Part shown: positions 35,005 to 47,844 of the stretch, one piece after another | Numbering within the stretch: position 1 is the first letter of the stretch | How the letters are laid out: every line of letters starts with the position of its first letter | Source of the DNA: Tubiluchus corallicola | Lineage: Eukaryota > Animalia > Priapulida | Length of the DNA: 64,000 bases | Direction of reading: 5' to 3' | NCBI GenBank assembly: GCA_030141605.1 | Contig: JAQGDQ010000004.1 | Location: forward strand, 930,001 to 994,000 | Notes under the pieces: model-generated | The model's input: only the letters and a program-made list of their open reading frames with translations | Told to the model about the DNA's origin: nothing | Databases searched by the model: none | Position numbers and translations under genes: made by a program

Positions 35005-35228
35005 GTTTATTTAATCACATGTAAAAGATGCATCCAAAACAATGGCAGTTGTTGACAACAACATGATATGTCTTTATTGATTTCATTTCGATACACTCTT
35101 TCATTATTGTCAGAACACTTTCATGAGCTTTGTGAAGGCACTCTGACGATGATGCAAGACTGCTTCAAAACGTAGGCAGGAAAGCGGTACCTTAATGCTA
35201 TCAACAACTGTCGTTGTTTTGATTGCAT
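35005..35228 (+). mobile_element. Penelope-like element relic with a degenerate minimal hammerhead and flanking inverted repeats
   Basis: VYLITCKRC peptide (GIY-YIG-like) at 35005-35031; imperfect 33 bp inverted repeats at 35028-35060 and 35196-35228; CTGACGA-stem-AAAACGT at 35143-35173. Confidence 0.45.
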
Positions 35229-36515
35229 TATTGACAGTCAGGTTCCCCAGAAACAAATCAGCTGCGGAGACATGTAAATACTGTCAGCAAACACTTCTTC
35301 TCATCTAATTCTAGGAGTTGAAATCTTTGTTAATTCATTTGATTCTTTTTTGGATATTATTCAGTGACCTTCTAAGAAGGTGTTATGCTAAGTAGCATAG
35401 CCATTAAAGAGGCTTCAGGTGACTACAATCAGCAGTTTATTACTAGAAATTGATGACATTAGTTTCTTGAAAGGTTTTGAGCTTTCTTCTTACAATAACC
35501 GAAATATTGTTGTCAATTAATCTGTCAGTAAATAAGGTAATACAAATTAAAATATCATATTTTACTGTCATTCATTGTAATATGCATTAAACATCGAAAA
35601 AAATTCAAAAGCTGTTAAAAGGAGCTGTAAAGAAATGCCTTTTCTTGAATAAATCTGTAGGCAATAATTCCTGAATGATTGGCATTCTGCCTAATTAGCC
35701 ATTAAATGAACTATCTATTCTATTTTTAATAGGCATCTTCTGTAGTAAATATAAATTTGTTCCCTAGCTTTATTAGGTTGAGTTATCATAGTAGCCTACC
35801 CGACACTATGTTAGCTCCTAGATGCTCTTTATTGAGGATATCCTTAGGCCCACGTAACTAAGTATGGCCTATTGTTATATTATGTACTCTTGTAAACGTT
35901 TAATCTATCGTGTAGGCCATAATTGATACATTTGTCACATCGTGTGCTTATTGATCTTACTAAAACGTAGCCAGGCCATTTATTGTCAGTATGTAGTAGG
36001 CCAAAAACTTTTGTTGTACTAATGTATGTAATTACTCTGCTTAATTATCTTGTTCTAAATATCATTATGTAATTTTGGTTACTCATTATGCACATGTTTT
36101 AAACACTTATTCTTGATTTTTCTTCAGGTAAACCATGCAGCCAAGTAGAAGGATGCAATACTAACAATTTCTTATTCATTTGGGTCTGGAATGAAGATTA
36201 GTTTTTTGAACTCCAAGGGGCAAGATTTAAGTAGCAATCTAAATCTCCCATCTTTTTCAATTAAATAAATTTCAAAAAAAACAAACCGTCGCTCGTGATG
36301 GGAGTCACTGATATTGTACAATCAGTTAAAAAATGTTGCAGGAACTTATTATAATAGGCATAGGAATTTCAAATACATGAAGTGTGTGATTTTACACCAG
36401 AAGTTATGCATTTAAAAATTTTAATGTGTGTATAATTTCAGAGAAGTGATCGTCAAAACCACGGATTATTGTAAAATTTGATATCTGTGACTGTAACTCT
36501 TACTTATTTGTGATA

Positions 36516-39500
36516 ATGGCACTACAGAAACAAGTGAAAGGAAAGAGAAGAAGCCTTAAATCTGACAAATTAGCCGACACAGATGAGGATATAGATTCTG
36601 GTTTGTATACGTGCAGCAACTAATTGTTGTTTGATATTAAACTGTGAAATAAATGTAGCTTGTATCACTATAGTTCTCTGATGGCTTACAAAACGGTTGA
36701 CCAGAAAACATTTTTTGGCATTATGTCAGAATAGCTTAAATGCCTTCAGTACTCGATTTAGTGAAAAAAATGCTGCACAGCATGTAACACAAAAAGATTT
36801 AATGATGGAATTAGTGACCATTTATGTTTACTTAGCCAAAATAAAGCAAACAACCTCGTGATTTAATAGGAAACAAATATAGACAATATTATTGTAAAAA
36901 TCAAATACGACAAAGTAGTAATTGAATCGTTTTGATTATAGTATCATTAACCCAGAAATAAAAGTTGTTATTATTATTAGAAAACTCAAAAAATCACTTA
37001 ATTCCACTGGCAGTCATAACATTCACTAGGAAAAGGAACCATTTCATTACATAATTAAGAACCACTGACATCACTCTAATCATAGTATGGGTATTAGAAT
37101 AGAAAAACTTGTGTACACAGGGCAGCCTTTTACTATTGTGTCTCTAAGAATGATATTTGTGCAATGTATATGAAAACAGTCCTAATAAGGGTTCGTGTCA
37201 TACCAAACACATAGATGGTGGTACCACCAGATGGTGTTCAATTTCAAGTAACGCCTGCTTCGGGAAACTGTCGACCACTGGTTCCACCACATTGCGCTAG
37301 ATCTTAGCTTTAGTAGTACATACCATCAGACAGTTCTTTCACTCTGTGGATCTCCGTGATTGCTTTTAACGCTGTATTACATAACTAGTCTACAAATCGA
37401 CTCACAGCTTTGCACTGACGTCAGCTCACTTCTGAATTTCCAGACCAGCAGGTCTTAACAATTGTCTGCCTCCCAAACTGTACCGCAACAGTGGAATGTC
37501 CAAACCACCATTAGGTCAAACTGATCACCGCTGTGTCCAACTACTTTAACTTCACCAGTTCTGCCATATCTAACGTTAACATCTTCACAGAACAACCTGT
37601 TGCCATCATATCATAGCAACGACGTATGCTCCAAAAACCGTTCACGTACACTTGACCACATTCAATGAAGTCACTTCCTGTAAAGTTATGAAGTGGTGGG
37701 TAGACAAGATCTATTAGTAAATAGGAAAGCCAGAAAGCAACAAATATCAACTGCAAATCTAATTCGAAACATGTATACCATGACTAGCAACAATATCTAT
37801 GTAATTATGGAGTGAAAAAGCTACTTTTACAATAGTTTTATGATATTTGACGTTCCGAATCTGAAATTCTGGACAACCAGACAACACAGATGTTGCCAGA
37901 AATTGGTTAAATCTTATATATATGGGCAAAGTCGGTATGTTCATGTTCGGTCAATGATGTCAGTTGCTCGTGCACTAGAATATGGGGTTGTTCAAGGTTC
38001 AGTTTCGGGTCCTGTTTTATGTAGTTTATACGCGGCTCCTCTAGAAATTATCACTTTTAAGTCATAATATGCAATGCACATCATGTACGGTGATGCTCTA
38101 GTCAACCAAATCAAAGCATGTATCTGTGAAATTCCACCTTGGATGAAGGAAACAAACTTGCCTTAAATGAATGCACAACAGAATTAGTTCAGTTCTCAAG
38201 TAATTTTCAGTAAGCTTCTCCTAATGTCCCTCTATGTTTTGTGACGTCAGTGCCGGTCCTTCCCAAACTGTAAAAATCTTGGAACGCCTTTTGACACTTG
38301 GCATTGTGGAAAATTGGAAAAATCGGGTATGTTATGTTCTCAACTGAAAAACTCATACATGCTCTCGTAATATTCAAATTTGATTATTGCAATAGTTTAC
38401 TTTTTGGACTCCCTGAACATGAGAATCGCAAACTCCTGCTAATTCGGAACTCTGCTGCTAGTCTCATTACCAAAACTAGAAAATATGATCACATTACTCC
38501 TATTCTAAGAGAATAACATTGGCTGTCGATGAACTTCCGAATTCAGTTTAAAATTTTTTGTATCACCTAAAAAATATTACATGGTTTGGCACCTGCATAT
38601 CTTACTGATCTTTTGATGCACAGTAACATAAGCCGAACACTTCGTTCTAATGCAAAAGAACAAATTAATTCACATCAGCCAATTCCTAATATAGTATTCC
38701 ATAGTGAAAAAAACCTTTTCTGTTTGTGCTCCGCATCTCTGTTGTTACACATTCTGCAAATTCATTAGATTCTTTTAAACAACATCTTAAAACACATTTT
38801 TTCCAGCTATTATTGTTCAGGTATATAATACTAGCTAGACCCATACATTATATCCATGAAAATTTCCTTATTTCGTTTCTTCGTAATTGTGCATTACACT
38901 ATACTTTAGCGGATGCATGATGTTAATGAAGCGTTTGACTGTAACTGAAGTTTCATTACCAACCCGACTGAACAATATAAATAGTTCAGTAATTAAGCAA
39001 TTATATTTAGGAAGAATCACTTAAAGATGGTGTTACATATACATCATTACATGCAGGTGCATTCCTGTCCGCATGTCAGCAACAGCTAAGTTAGCTCATT
39101 AATTTTGCCACATTTACTCAAGTGGTCATATTTTACAACTGTCATTATCACAAGTAAGTTAAATAATTCAATAACTAAAGCAATATTATGAAACATAACT
39201 TCAACGCCCTTATTTAGGGTTCTTTTATTATTCCATGACACCTCAGTTTAATTGCTGTTATATCTATCCATTTGACATAATTTATTAATAAACTATTAAC
39301 TAATCATGAAGTTTTTTGCAAAAATGTCTCACACTATACATGCGCATTGAAGTTGCCTGAACAAACTTTATGAATTACTTAAGCACATGTGTATGAATAG
39401 TATCTTTTGCTCTTGCTGACAGATTTCATAAGAAAATCATTATGATATGGAAATCCCTTTAACTGCAACCATAGTTTTACGGCTAAATATATTAGAGTTT

Positions 39501-42500
39501 ACAGACTTATCCAGTCTATTTATACCTAGAGCTTGGACAGGTAAAGGTTGTTAGTACACATTTGGAATCAGCTGTACATGTAACCACATCTGCCATTATG
39601 TCTTCAGTATTTCCTATAAGACATATTTGATTTGTCATCATAACTATACCTTTTTTATGGAATCCATAAATTAATAATTATGGCTGTTAAAAGTGTTATT
39701 TATTAATAACTATTAAACATCCAATTGCATGCATACGACAAATTGCAATAATGTACAACTGAGAGAAGCATTAACAAAGTTTGATAAATTAGAATTATTT
39801 TATAATTTTACTTGACTGTCTGGAGACAAAATAGCTTCTTATCTTTTCACAGATCGGGTGGAAATTTACAGCATGTATTTAAAGTCATTCACTTGATAAT
39901 TTTGGTCTTTTAGTAATTGAATTGGCATTTGGAATTATATAACCAAAGAACAGAACACAGTCTTCGCTGTAGCTATATCTAACTGATGATCACTGATAAC
40001 AATTAATAGCATAAAGTACAAAAAAACCTTTATTTTCTTACATGAAGCTAAAAAATTTGTCTAGAAATTTTGTATAAACTGCATATTTGCTTTATTGCGC
40101 ACAGAACTTGTATCAGCAGTAACACCGTATAAAACTTGGAAATTTGAACTCCCGCGATTTGGTGCATCCATCTTGAGGGTAGGTCGTTCGAAATGAGTTT
40201 TCACAACATTCTGTAAAGTTTAAAAAAATAATCAAGAGTTTTTGTAGCACACTTTGCTAACTAAGCAAGAACATAAATTACTGTATCTTGTCAATAATAT
40301 TAATAGTATATATATACACACACACACATATATATATAAGCCTTTCAAGCAATAAGCACAATGCTAAATAAATTATACCTTTGTGTGGAAAGTTTTTTTG
40401 GCAAGTACTTTAGAATTGTCTTTTCTTCCCCTTTAATATTGTTATTGATTGCAGAAAAGAAGACATCGGTTTATAGTAGGAAGCGTTGTCGTACTAGAGA
40501 AGATGGCGACTGCGAAGTTGAAGAAGATTTAGATGATAGAAACTACACGGAGTATGTTTAACACAACTAGAACTAAGAAATCAATTATCTTCTTTATCAC
40601 TTATACATATAATTCTTTAATCCTTGATTTGTAGGTGATCAATCTGCCAGGTTTTATTAAAATTCATATAACAGTACTTGATATTTAATTGGTGATGCTT
40701 TTTTTGGACAAACAGGTATTTTCTCTGGTGCTTTTTGTAGAAAAACTTAAAAACTTAATCATTATTCAATATAAATATCAATCTTTTTGACGTGTTGTCA
40801 GTTGTGATGGTAAAAGTCTCTTCAATCCTTCCTTGTCTTGCAGTCTACTCCTAGGCAAACTTTTATTGAAATCCATTCAGCTAGTACCATTCTTGAAATG
40901 TTGCAGAGTCACAAAGACGACCTGACAAGCGAATAATGTATTCATGTATTTACTAACTATAGCTGTTATAATGACATTTAAATAATTTACAGGTTGTAAG
41001 TCAGTCTTTACATTATAACTGTTAAATTTCAACCCCGCCGCTGTTAGAAATTTTATGCAAAAAATTTTGATGCTTTTAGAATAATAGTTTTGTTTGAGCT
41101 CAATGTTTATTTATTAATAACAAGATTAATGTTTTTTCACATTATTATTCCGTTATTTGTGATTTCTTGTAGGGAAGACGTGATGGACATCATTCAATCG
41201 TTCAAAGGTAATTAATGCGATCAGTGTTAATATCAATTGGCTCTGAAAGTTTCACTTAAAACAAATAAGAATGCACTTTCTAAGCATTCACATTATTCAC
41301 TTTTGCTTTTTATCAGCTTTATATGGCAGTGTCACTTTTCTTTGTAAATTTGATTTGACTACGATTTAAGATGATATCCCAATTTTTAATATGCATTTAT
41401 CTTTCAGATGATGTCCAAAAAGCTTTGATTTCTAAAAGGCAAAGAGCGGAAGCATTCACCAATGAGGCTTATGAAGCAAATGTTAGGATTATGAGAAAAA
41501 TGGCTGATGATCAATCAACTGAGCGGTATGCTTGTAATATAGGGGAATTATTATTTGAGATACATACAACTACCACCGAGGTTAATAAATAAATTTTTGG
41601 TGATATTGTGTGTACTAAATGCATATATTTGGGTTTTTGCATGTCTACATTTCCTATATATAATAGTTTTGATTTTCTGTAGCACTAAATCAGAAATACC
41701 CCAATTAACATTCACTTTTATAATTCACAGATGTGCTGAACCATGTCATTTGTTTTAATGATGATGAAATTTTTATAATGCTTAAAAAGAAATAAGAATA
41801 ATAATTAATGACGAGAATACTGCTTGAAAGTCATTTATTAATACTTCTTTACATGTATTAATATAATATTACGTAATATATTTATAACTAAAGTAGTCGC
41901 TATAGGGGAAAATGTAATTATGATATTGCATGTGAACTACAACAGATTCCACTTGATAATAGCTATTATTTAATTCCATTCTTGCAGGAAACAACTTAAC
42001 GTTCAGTTTTTTCATCATGTGGAACGAGTAATTGAACAATGGGAGCAAGATCTGAAGAAAACTATGGAAAATGAAGATAATCTTTGTGTATGAGATTTTA
42101 TTTTTTATTTATATTTATTTTTTTTTTTTGCTATTACCATGCTAGTTTTTCAAATGCCTGGTGCTCCCATATTTCCAATTTTAAGGTTTTTAGGTATAAA
42201 AGAATCTGACCAGTTCTGAGCCTAGGCTGTGCCAATAATGGTAATGTTTCTTACATAAAATTTCAGGGATGTTTGTGTTTGTAAGAATGGAACTGGTTTG
42301 GAATGGAATGGAAATAGATGTTTTTATTGTTATGCTGCATAGTTTGTTATTTGTATCCAAAATAGATTAACCATATTGCAAAAAATTAATGGTTACTTTC
42401 ACAAAAAGCACACCGACAAAATTTGTGAAGATGTTTGTGAAAGCTGTTCTGCTCTTTGAATGTAATCAACTAACATGATGGTGCCCTCAGATTATTAGGT

Positions 42501-45500
42501 AATTTTAATTATAGTAATTATAGTGTTAGTAGCATTATATGTGTCTTTATTTTAGGCTATTATAAAACAACAGCAGAAATTGATGCAGCAAAACAGAGCT
42601 GCAAATTCTCATCGTCTGAAATCGCTTCGCCAGCTTCATGAGACCTATTCAAAGGTAGTCAGCAAGATGATATAATTATTTATTACATGTAAATTATTCA
42701 TAAAGTTAATTTCAAGATTATTGATTAATTATTAGAGCTCAAAGCCACGCCATTTCAACTGAGCTCTAGCAGGTTAATTTCTACAGCTGACCTAGCCGAT
42801 AAGAAACCCAGCTTTAGTCCTGCCAGGCACTCAGTGTTGGGAGTCGAGCTAGCCAACATTTTTGCCGGCCGCGAAGATTTTCGCTCTTGCAATAATCACT
42901 TGACACTGTAAATCACTGATTAAAATATGGCAAACGCAATGCACATTCGCGGTCAAATTGTGCATGTGCTGGCAGAAATACAAAACTTCAGAAATTTTTG
43001 AACGAGAAAGCTGGTCAATTCAAAATTAAATACACAAATAAACATCATTTTGGTGTTCGAGATAAGTCTCGCCAAGAGTTGGATTTAAATTATATTTGCA
43101 ATAAATCCTTTGCTTTTTTATAATAATAAAAAATTTATCTCTAATGCATTATTTGAATTTGTACATCAGCTTTTCTCTTTGTATAAGCAACATGAATTAT
43201 ATAAAAAAAATTCTCCATAATTAAAGGATAACTAACAATTTATCATTTATTCAGCTAAAAAATCGCAACTTTAGCTGACTTAGCTGATTTTGTCTCTAAG
43301 CCAACTCAGCTGAAAAGTTACTCAACCTCAGGCGAGCTAGCTGATTTTCTGTGTGAGCCAGCTAATTTAGTACCTACTGACTCAGTTTCAGCCTCTTAAT
43401 GATGGATAAATACACCCTTATTAAACTTTAAAATCAAATTTATTTCCTTTCGAAAGATGTTTGGTTTGAAAAATTCCATTAATGTAGGTTCATGTGTTTT
43501 ACGTGTTACATATCTTTTTGTATCGATGGACAGTGCAGCTGCCTGAATGGAAAATATTGGTTTTTTTCATTTTGTTTAAAAGAAAGGCCAAACCTTCTGA
43601 GAAGTTAAGGTTATTTCAATATTTGCAAATGTTAGAGGAATTTAGTAATAAAAGTGTGATAACTGCGTGGCGTAATTAGTAAAATCACAATCCCACAACC
43701 CTAAAAGAGCTAAAACTGAGCATTATCCAAGACCACACAATATAGCAACAATAACTACAACAATGCTCATATTTTAATGTACAACTGAAATTTATTGTCT
43801 AGGCAAATTATTTACCATGTTCACAGCATACTGATTCTTTAACAGTGTGCCATAGTTATGCAAAGTTTCTTTGCAAGTAATCGTAGTCAGTGGATGAAAC
43901 TTTGACGCAAAATCAGTATCGTAGTTATTAGAATGATCATGCTATGAATGGTATTGAATGGTCTTTTACGTTTGATTTTGAATGGCCTTGGTTCATAATT
44001 CCAATCGCTATACTCACAAGGTATATCGTAAAAATGAAATTATTCCTGTCGTCACCTGTAAGTCTGAACTTGGAAATGAAAAAAACTATGACAAGTCATG
44101 CTAGGTTTTGTAATGACTGTTAGGTTGAATTCTTTTGCACACATGTTACTTCTCTAAAAACCACAGCCACTGGCATTTCAGGAGTAAGCTTTGTTTGCCT
44201 GTATACTTTTTGACAATGTTTTGTATTAAATGGCCTTAGCTAATTATTGTAAACGATTGTGTCTGTCAACTTTTTGACTTCAGTACAACTACTTGAACTA
44301 TTGGTGAGTAAGGTATACACTCTGTATATCAAGGTTAAATTTTTGGCTAGGACTGTGGTGGGAAAATGATCAAAAATTGGCCGGAGTAGGTGGGCTTTTT
44401 TTTACACAGTAACTGATATTGTGATTTCTTTTTGTACATCCTATTACAGTAATATATATAAAACCGGCACCAACCATGTAGCCAACATTCCAGCTAACAG
44501 TGTACACAACTGCTCAATAAATTTATAATTAACTGATTATTGTCAAAATGTGATTGCATAGGTGCTGAACCACTGTTTTCATTAAAAGTCAAGCACTATA
44601 GTAGTACACTATATAGCATATATTTGGTCTGTAGTAGTACCTGAATCAGAAGCACTAGCAATTTCCTTATGTACATTCTAAATTTTGTAACTCACAAAAT
44701 TAAATGCCTTGACGTTTGATTAATTATTATAATATTAATGCCAAGATTATTATTAATGATAGTTAGTAATTAATTTTCACACTGATAACCTGTAGTATTT
44801 TGGGCTGAAAGTTATTAAAACATTGACTAATTTGTTGCAATCATTTTAGTGTGAGTGATCTAACTATTGTATAATGCTTAGTATATAAGGTATAATAACA
44901 TCTAACAGCTATTTAACAATTTGTGTAAATCTTATGTTCGGCCTTTACTTGAATATTTTGACATTATTTGATGTTAGTGCTTCTGCTATTGAACGTGTCC
45001 AGTAAAAAATTGCTTAATGATATTTTGTAGGAATGTATACATGTATGACAGAAGGATGTTGTTAAGCTGCATATTTCTGTTTTATAAGATTATCAGTGAA
45101 TGGTACTTGTCTTTCTCATGTTAGTGACTTGTTGCCACTGATTGCTTCTGAGAAAACTGAATACAGTTTACGGCATTCTAGTATCTTGAAACTGACAAGG
45201 TGTAATATCATGTGCTTTCAAACAAGCTTTATTCCTTCTTGCATTAAACTCTGGAATCAGTTAAAAGCTAAAATAAAAACTCAGCTTCTCTCTATAGTTT
45301 CAGAAAAGTTCTATACAGTAGTCCAAATGACAACCATATTACTTGACAGGGCCACATTATACTGCTGCTGTAACATATAGATTGCATCTTAATGATAATG
45401 GTTTAAACTATTTTTTATATGAACGTAACTCATGTCCTTCACATTTCTACAGTAACAGTAAATTGTGTATTGCAAACCGTTCTCATTATCTTTTATACTG

Positions 45501-47333
45501 TCCTGCTTATGCCAATCTTAGAAATATTAATAATGCCTTTTTTTGCTTCAGCTTTATTTAGGCTTTATAGTTTGACTTCTGAGGAAAGAACATCTGTACT
45601 TATATGTATCGGATTCCTTGCCAGTATCTATTAATGAAGCTATACCGAATGAAACTAAAAAATTTATTACAAAAAGTAGGAAACCAATTCGATCTTCTAC
45701 CCTTAGACGATTTGTTAAATACCATGGTTTTCCAATGTAATTTCGTTCTAGCGGTTAATTTTTGTCTGTCACATCGTTATGATATATTTGTGATCTTTTT
45801 CCGTGTGTGCCTACTTTAATGTTACCTCAGAAAAAACTTTAAATAATCATCTGTAATGCTTGATGGTCAATTTATTTAACAAAATATGCTTATACAAAAA
45901 AGCAATCTAATATTGGAAAGGCTAAGTATATGTGATGAACTTTGAATTGCCTTGATCACTAGCGAATACGATGGCCTAGCTGTCTAACGTACCTGCTTTG
46001 AAACCAGGAAGTCCCTGATTCAAATCTTGGCTGTACAGTATTGAACTATTCCAGCTTTTTCATATTCCCGTCTTTCAAGTTTGGTTTCAAAATTTAATTA
46101 AATGTGGGTTTGTACCATCATCATTCTACTCTGGTACTTGAAATATTTGCAGATAAGCTCATTTTTGTTCTGTATAGGGTGTAGAAGACTTAGATGAATG
46201 TCATTCTAAACAACATGCCTATTTTAAAGAGGAGCTGAAAAAGGAGCTTGCTGATTTACAGAAAAAGATTCTACAAGACAATGTAAGTACCTTTTGTTAA
46301 CTATTTTTTAATTGTTGGTAAATTTCATAAGAAAATCAAATTTTGAGTAAATGTCAATGGATTTATTTTAATACTGTACAATAAAATGGATTGCACAATT
46401 CACTACCTTTTGCATTTCACTTTCACTTTTTGTAACGCAATTGTTTATGTAGTGCAGTTTAGCATTTTAGTTTTCAGTTTTCAGTCATGGGTTCGATAAT
46501 AGAACAATAAATTATCTGTGAAAGTTTTTTTTATTGGGGTGAATTATATATTGTTTTTTTGTTGTAGTGTGTTCTTTTGTAAAAAAATTTCCAATTACAA
46601 TGTATTATAAACTGTTACTGGTTATCCTGCTATAATTGGTACAGTGGACTCTCGTTACAAGAATCACACGTATAAGAATCAGCTCGATATAAGAATCAAA
46701 ATGGCGTTTTCCGAATTGAATCGGCATTTTCCTAGTGAAAATCCGCTCGTATAAGAATCACCCTTCTTTCGATAGTAGAATCAATTTTGGCGCCGGGAGC
46801 CGGTTGGGAGCCGAAATTGACCGCCTCACCAGAGGAGAAATGAAGCAAAGCAAGCTATCGATATTTTTCAAGCAGTAGACGTAGAGTTTTCTGTTGTCTC
46901 CAGCACAATTTCGGAAAAAAAATTATGTGCATTAAAAAAATTTTAAGGCAATTCTGGCATCATGAAATATTTACCCAACCATGAAATAAAAACATTAGTC
47001 TAGGAATTTTTAGGTCCTTTTTAGGCCAGAAAAACATTATGCTGTTTCATGTCGTTTCTAGCGTAATTTCGGGAAATAAATAATTTTTATGTGCATAAAA
47101 ATTTTTTAAAGCAATTCTGGGTCATGCTCGTTATAAGAATCGCTCGTTATAAGAATCACTTTGCCTTCTCCCGAGGTGATTCTTATAACGAGAGTCCACT
47201 GTACTACCTTTGTTAAAATGTTAATTCAAAAGATGTAGGACATGTATGTGTAAGTGTAGTTCATTTGCAGCAACGACAAGACATAGCTAATGTACGCAAA
47301 AGTCTTTCCTCGGTTTTGCTTGATGGAATGTGA
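36516..47333 (+). CDS. SYCP3: Synaptonemal complex protein 3 (Cor1/Xlr family), 233 aa, 8 coding exons
   Basis: Phase-consistent exons 36516-36600, 40455-40551, 41173-41207, 41408-41525, 41988-42087, 42556-42654, 46178-46282, 47271-47333. Motifs DVQKALISKRQR, EQWEQDLKK, KQQQKLMQQ.R..SHRLKSLRQLHE, ELKKELADLQKKILQD and QDIANVRKSLSSVL correspond to the conserved SYCP3 coiled coil and C-terminus. Confidence 0.9.
37380..38820 (+). mobile_element. Decayed L2/CR1-clade LINE ORF2 in an SYCP3 intron
   Basis: Endonuclease-end motif PPLGQTDHRCV (about 37505), RT motif YGVVQGSVSGPVLCSLY, and C-terminal motifs KLIHALVIFKFDYCNSLLFGLP, RKYDHITPILRE*HWL, APAYL and RTLRS. Many stops and frameshifts. Confidence 0.85.
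44925..45690 (+). mobile_element. Decayed CR1-clade LINE ORF2 3' part
   Basis: YVRPLLEY near 44933, YSLR, FQTSFIPSCIKLWNQL and a HYLLYCPAY zinc-knuckle remnant, spread across frames. Confidence 0.75.
45965..46035 (+). mobile_element. tRNA-derived SINE head or tRNA pseudogene
   Basis: A-box-like TGGCCTAGCTG (45972) and B-box-like GATTCAAATC (46017) at tRNA spacing; no intact cloverleaf. Confidence 0.4.
46642..47201. mobile_element. Tc1/mariner-pogo-type MITE in the last SYCP3 intron
   Basis: TA target duplication. TIRs CAGTGGACTCTCGTTACAAGAATCAC and GTGATTCTTATAACGAGAGTCCACTG differ by one mismatch. Subterminal TATAAGAATC repeats. Confidence 0.9.
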
Positions 47334-47417
47334 GTACCAATCTATTAGTATTCTGCACTTCTTAGACTGCTCAGGCCAGGAGACTTGCATACACAGTTCG
47401 GTTTTCACTTTAATTGC

Positions 47418-47844
47418 GTCATTAAGTAATTCCTATGTATTTTACTATAATTCTGATTTGTGTAATTTTATGAAGTTTGCTGTGTATTCATTTACCTTTA
47501 TATTTGAGTTAGCTTTGAGTCTGTCAGTATTAAAAATTATAAAATATTTGCTCTATGTATTTAAAATGCTATCATAATTTTCTTAGAGTTAAAATATGTA
47601 ATAAAAATTTTGTATAAAATTATAAAATTACACCAAGTCATTAAGTAATTCCTGTGCATTTTACTATAATTCTGATTTGTGTAAATTTATGCAGTTTGCT
47701 GTGTATTCATTTACCTTTATATTTGAGTTAGCTTTGAGTCTGTCAGTATTAAAAATTATAAAATATTTGCTCTATGTATTTAAAACGCCATCATAATTTT
47801 TTTAGAGTTAAAATATTTAATAAAAATTTTGTATAAAGTTACAC
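47418..47844. repeat. Near-identical tandem duplication (about 219 bp unit) in the SYCP3 3' UTR
   Basis: GTCATTAAGTAATTCCT starts at 47418 and 47637. Each unit carries an AATAAA (47600, 47819). Confidence 0.9.
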
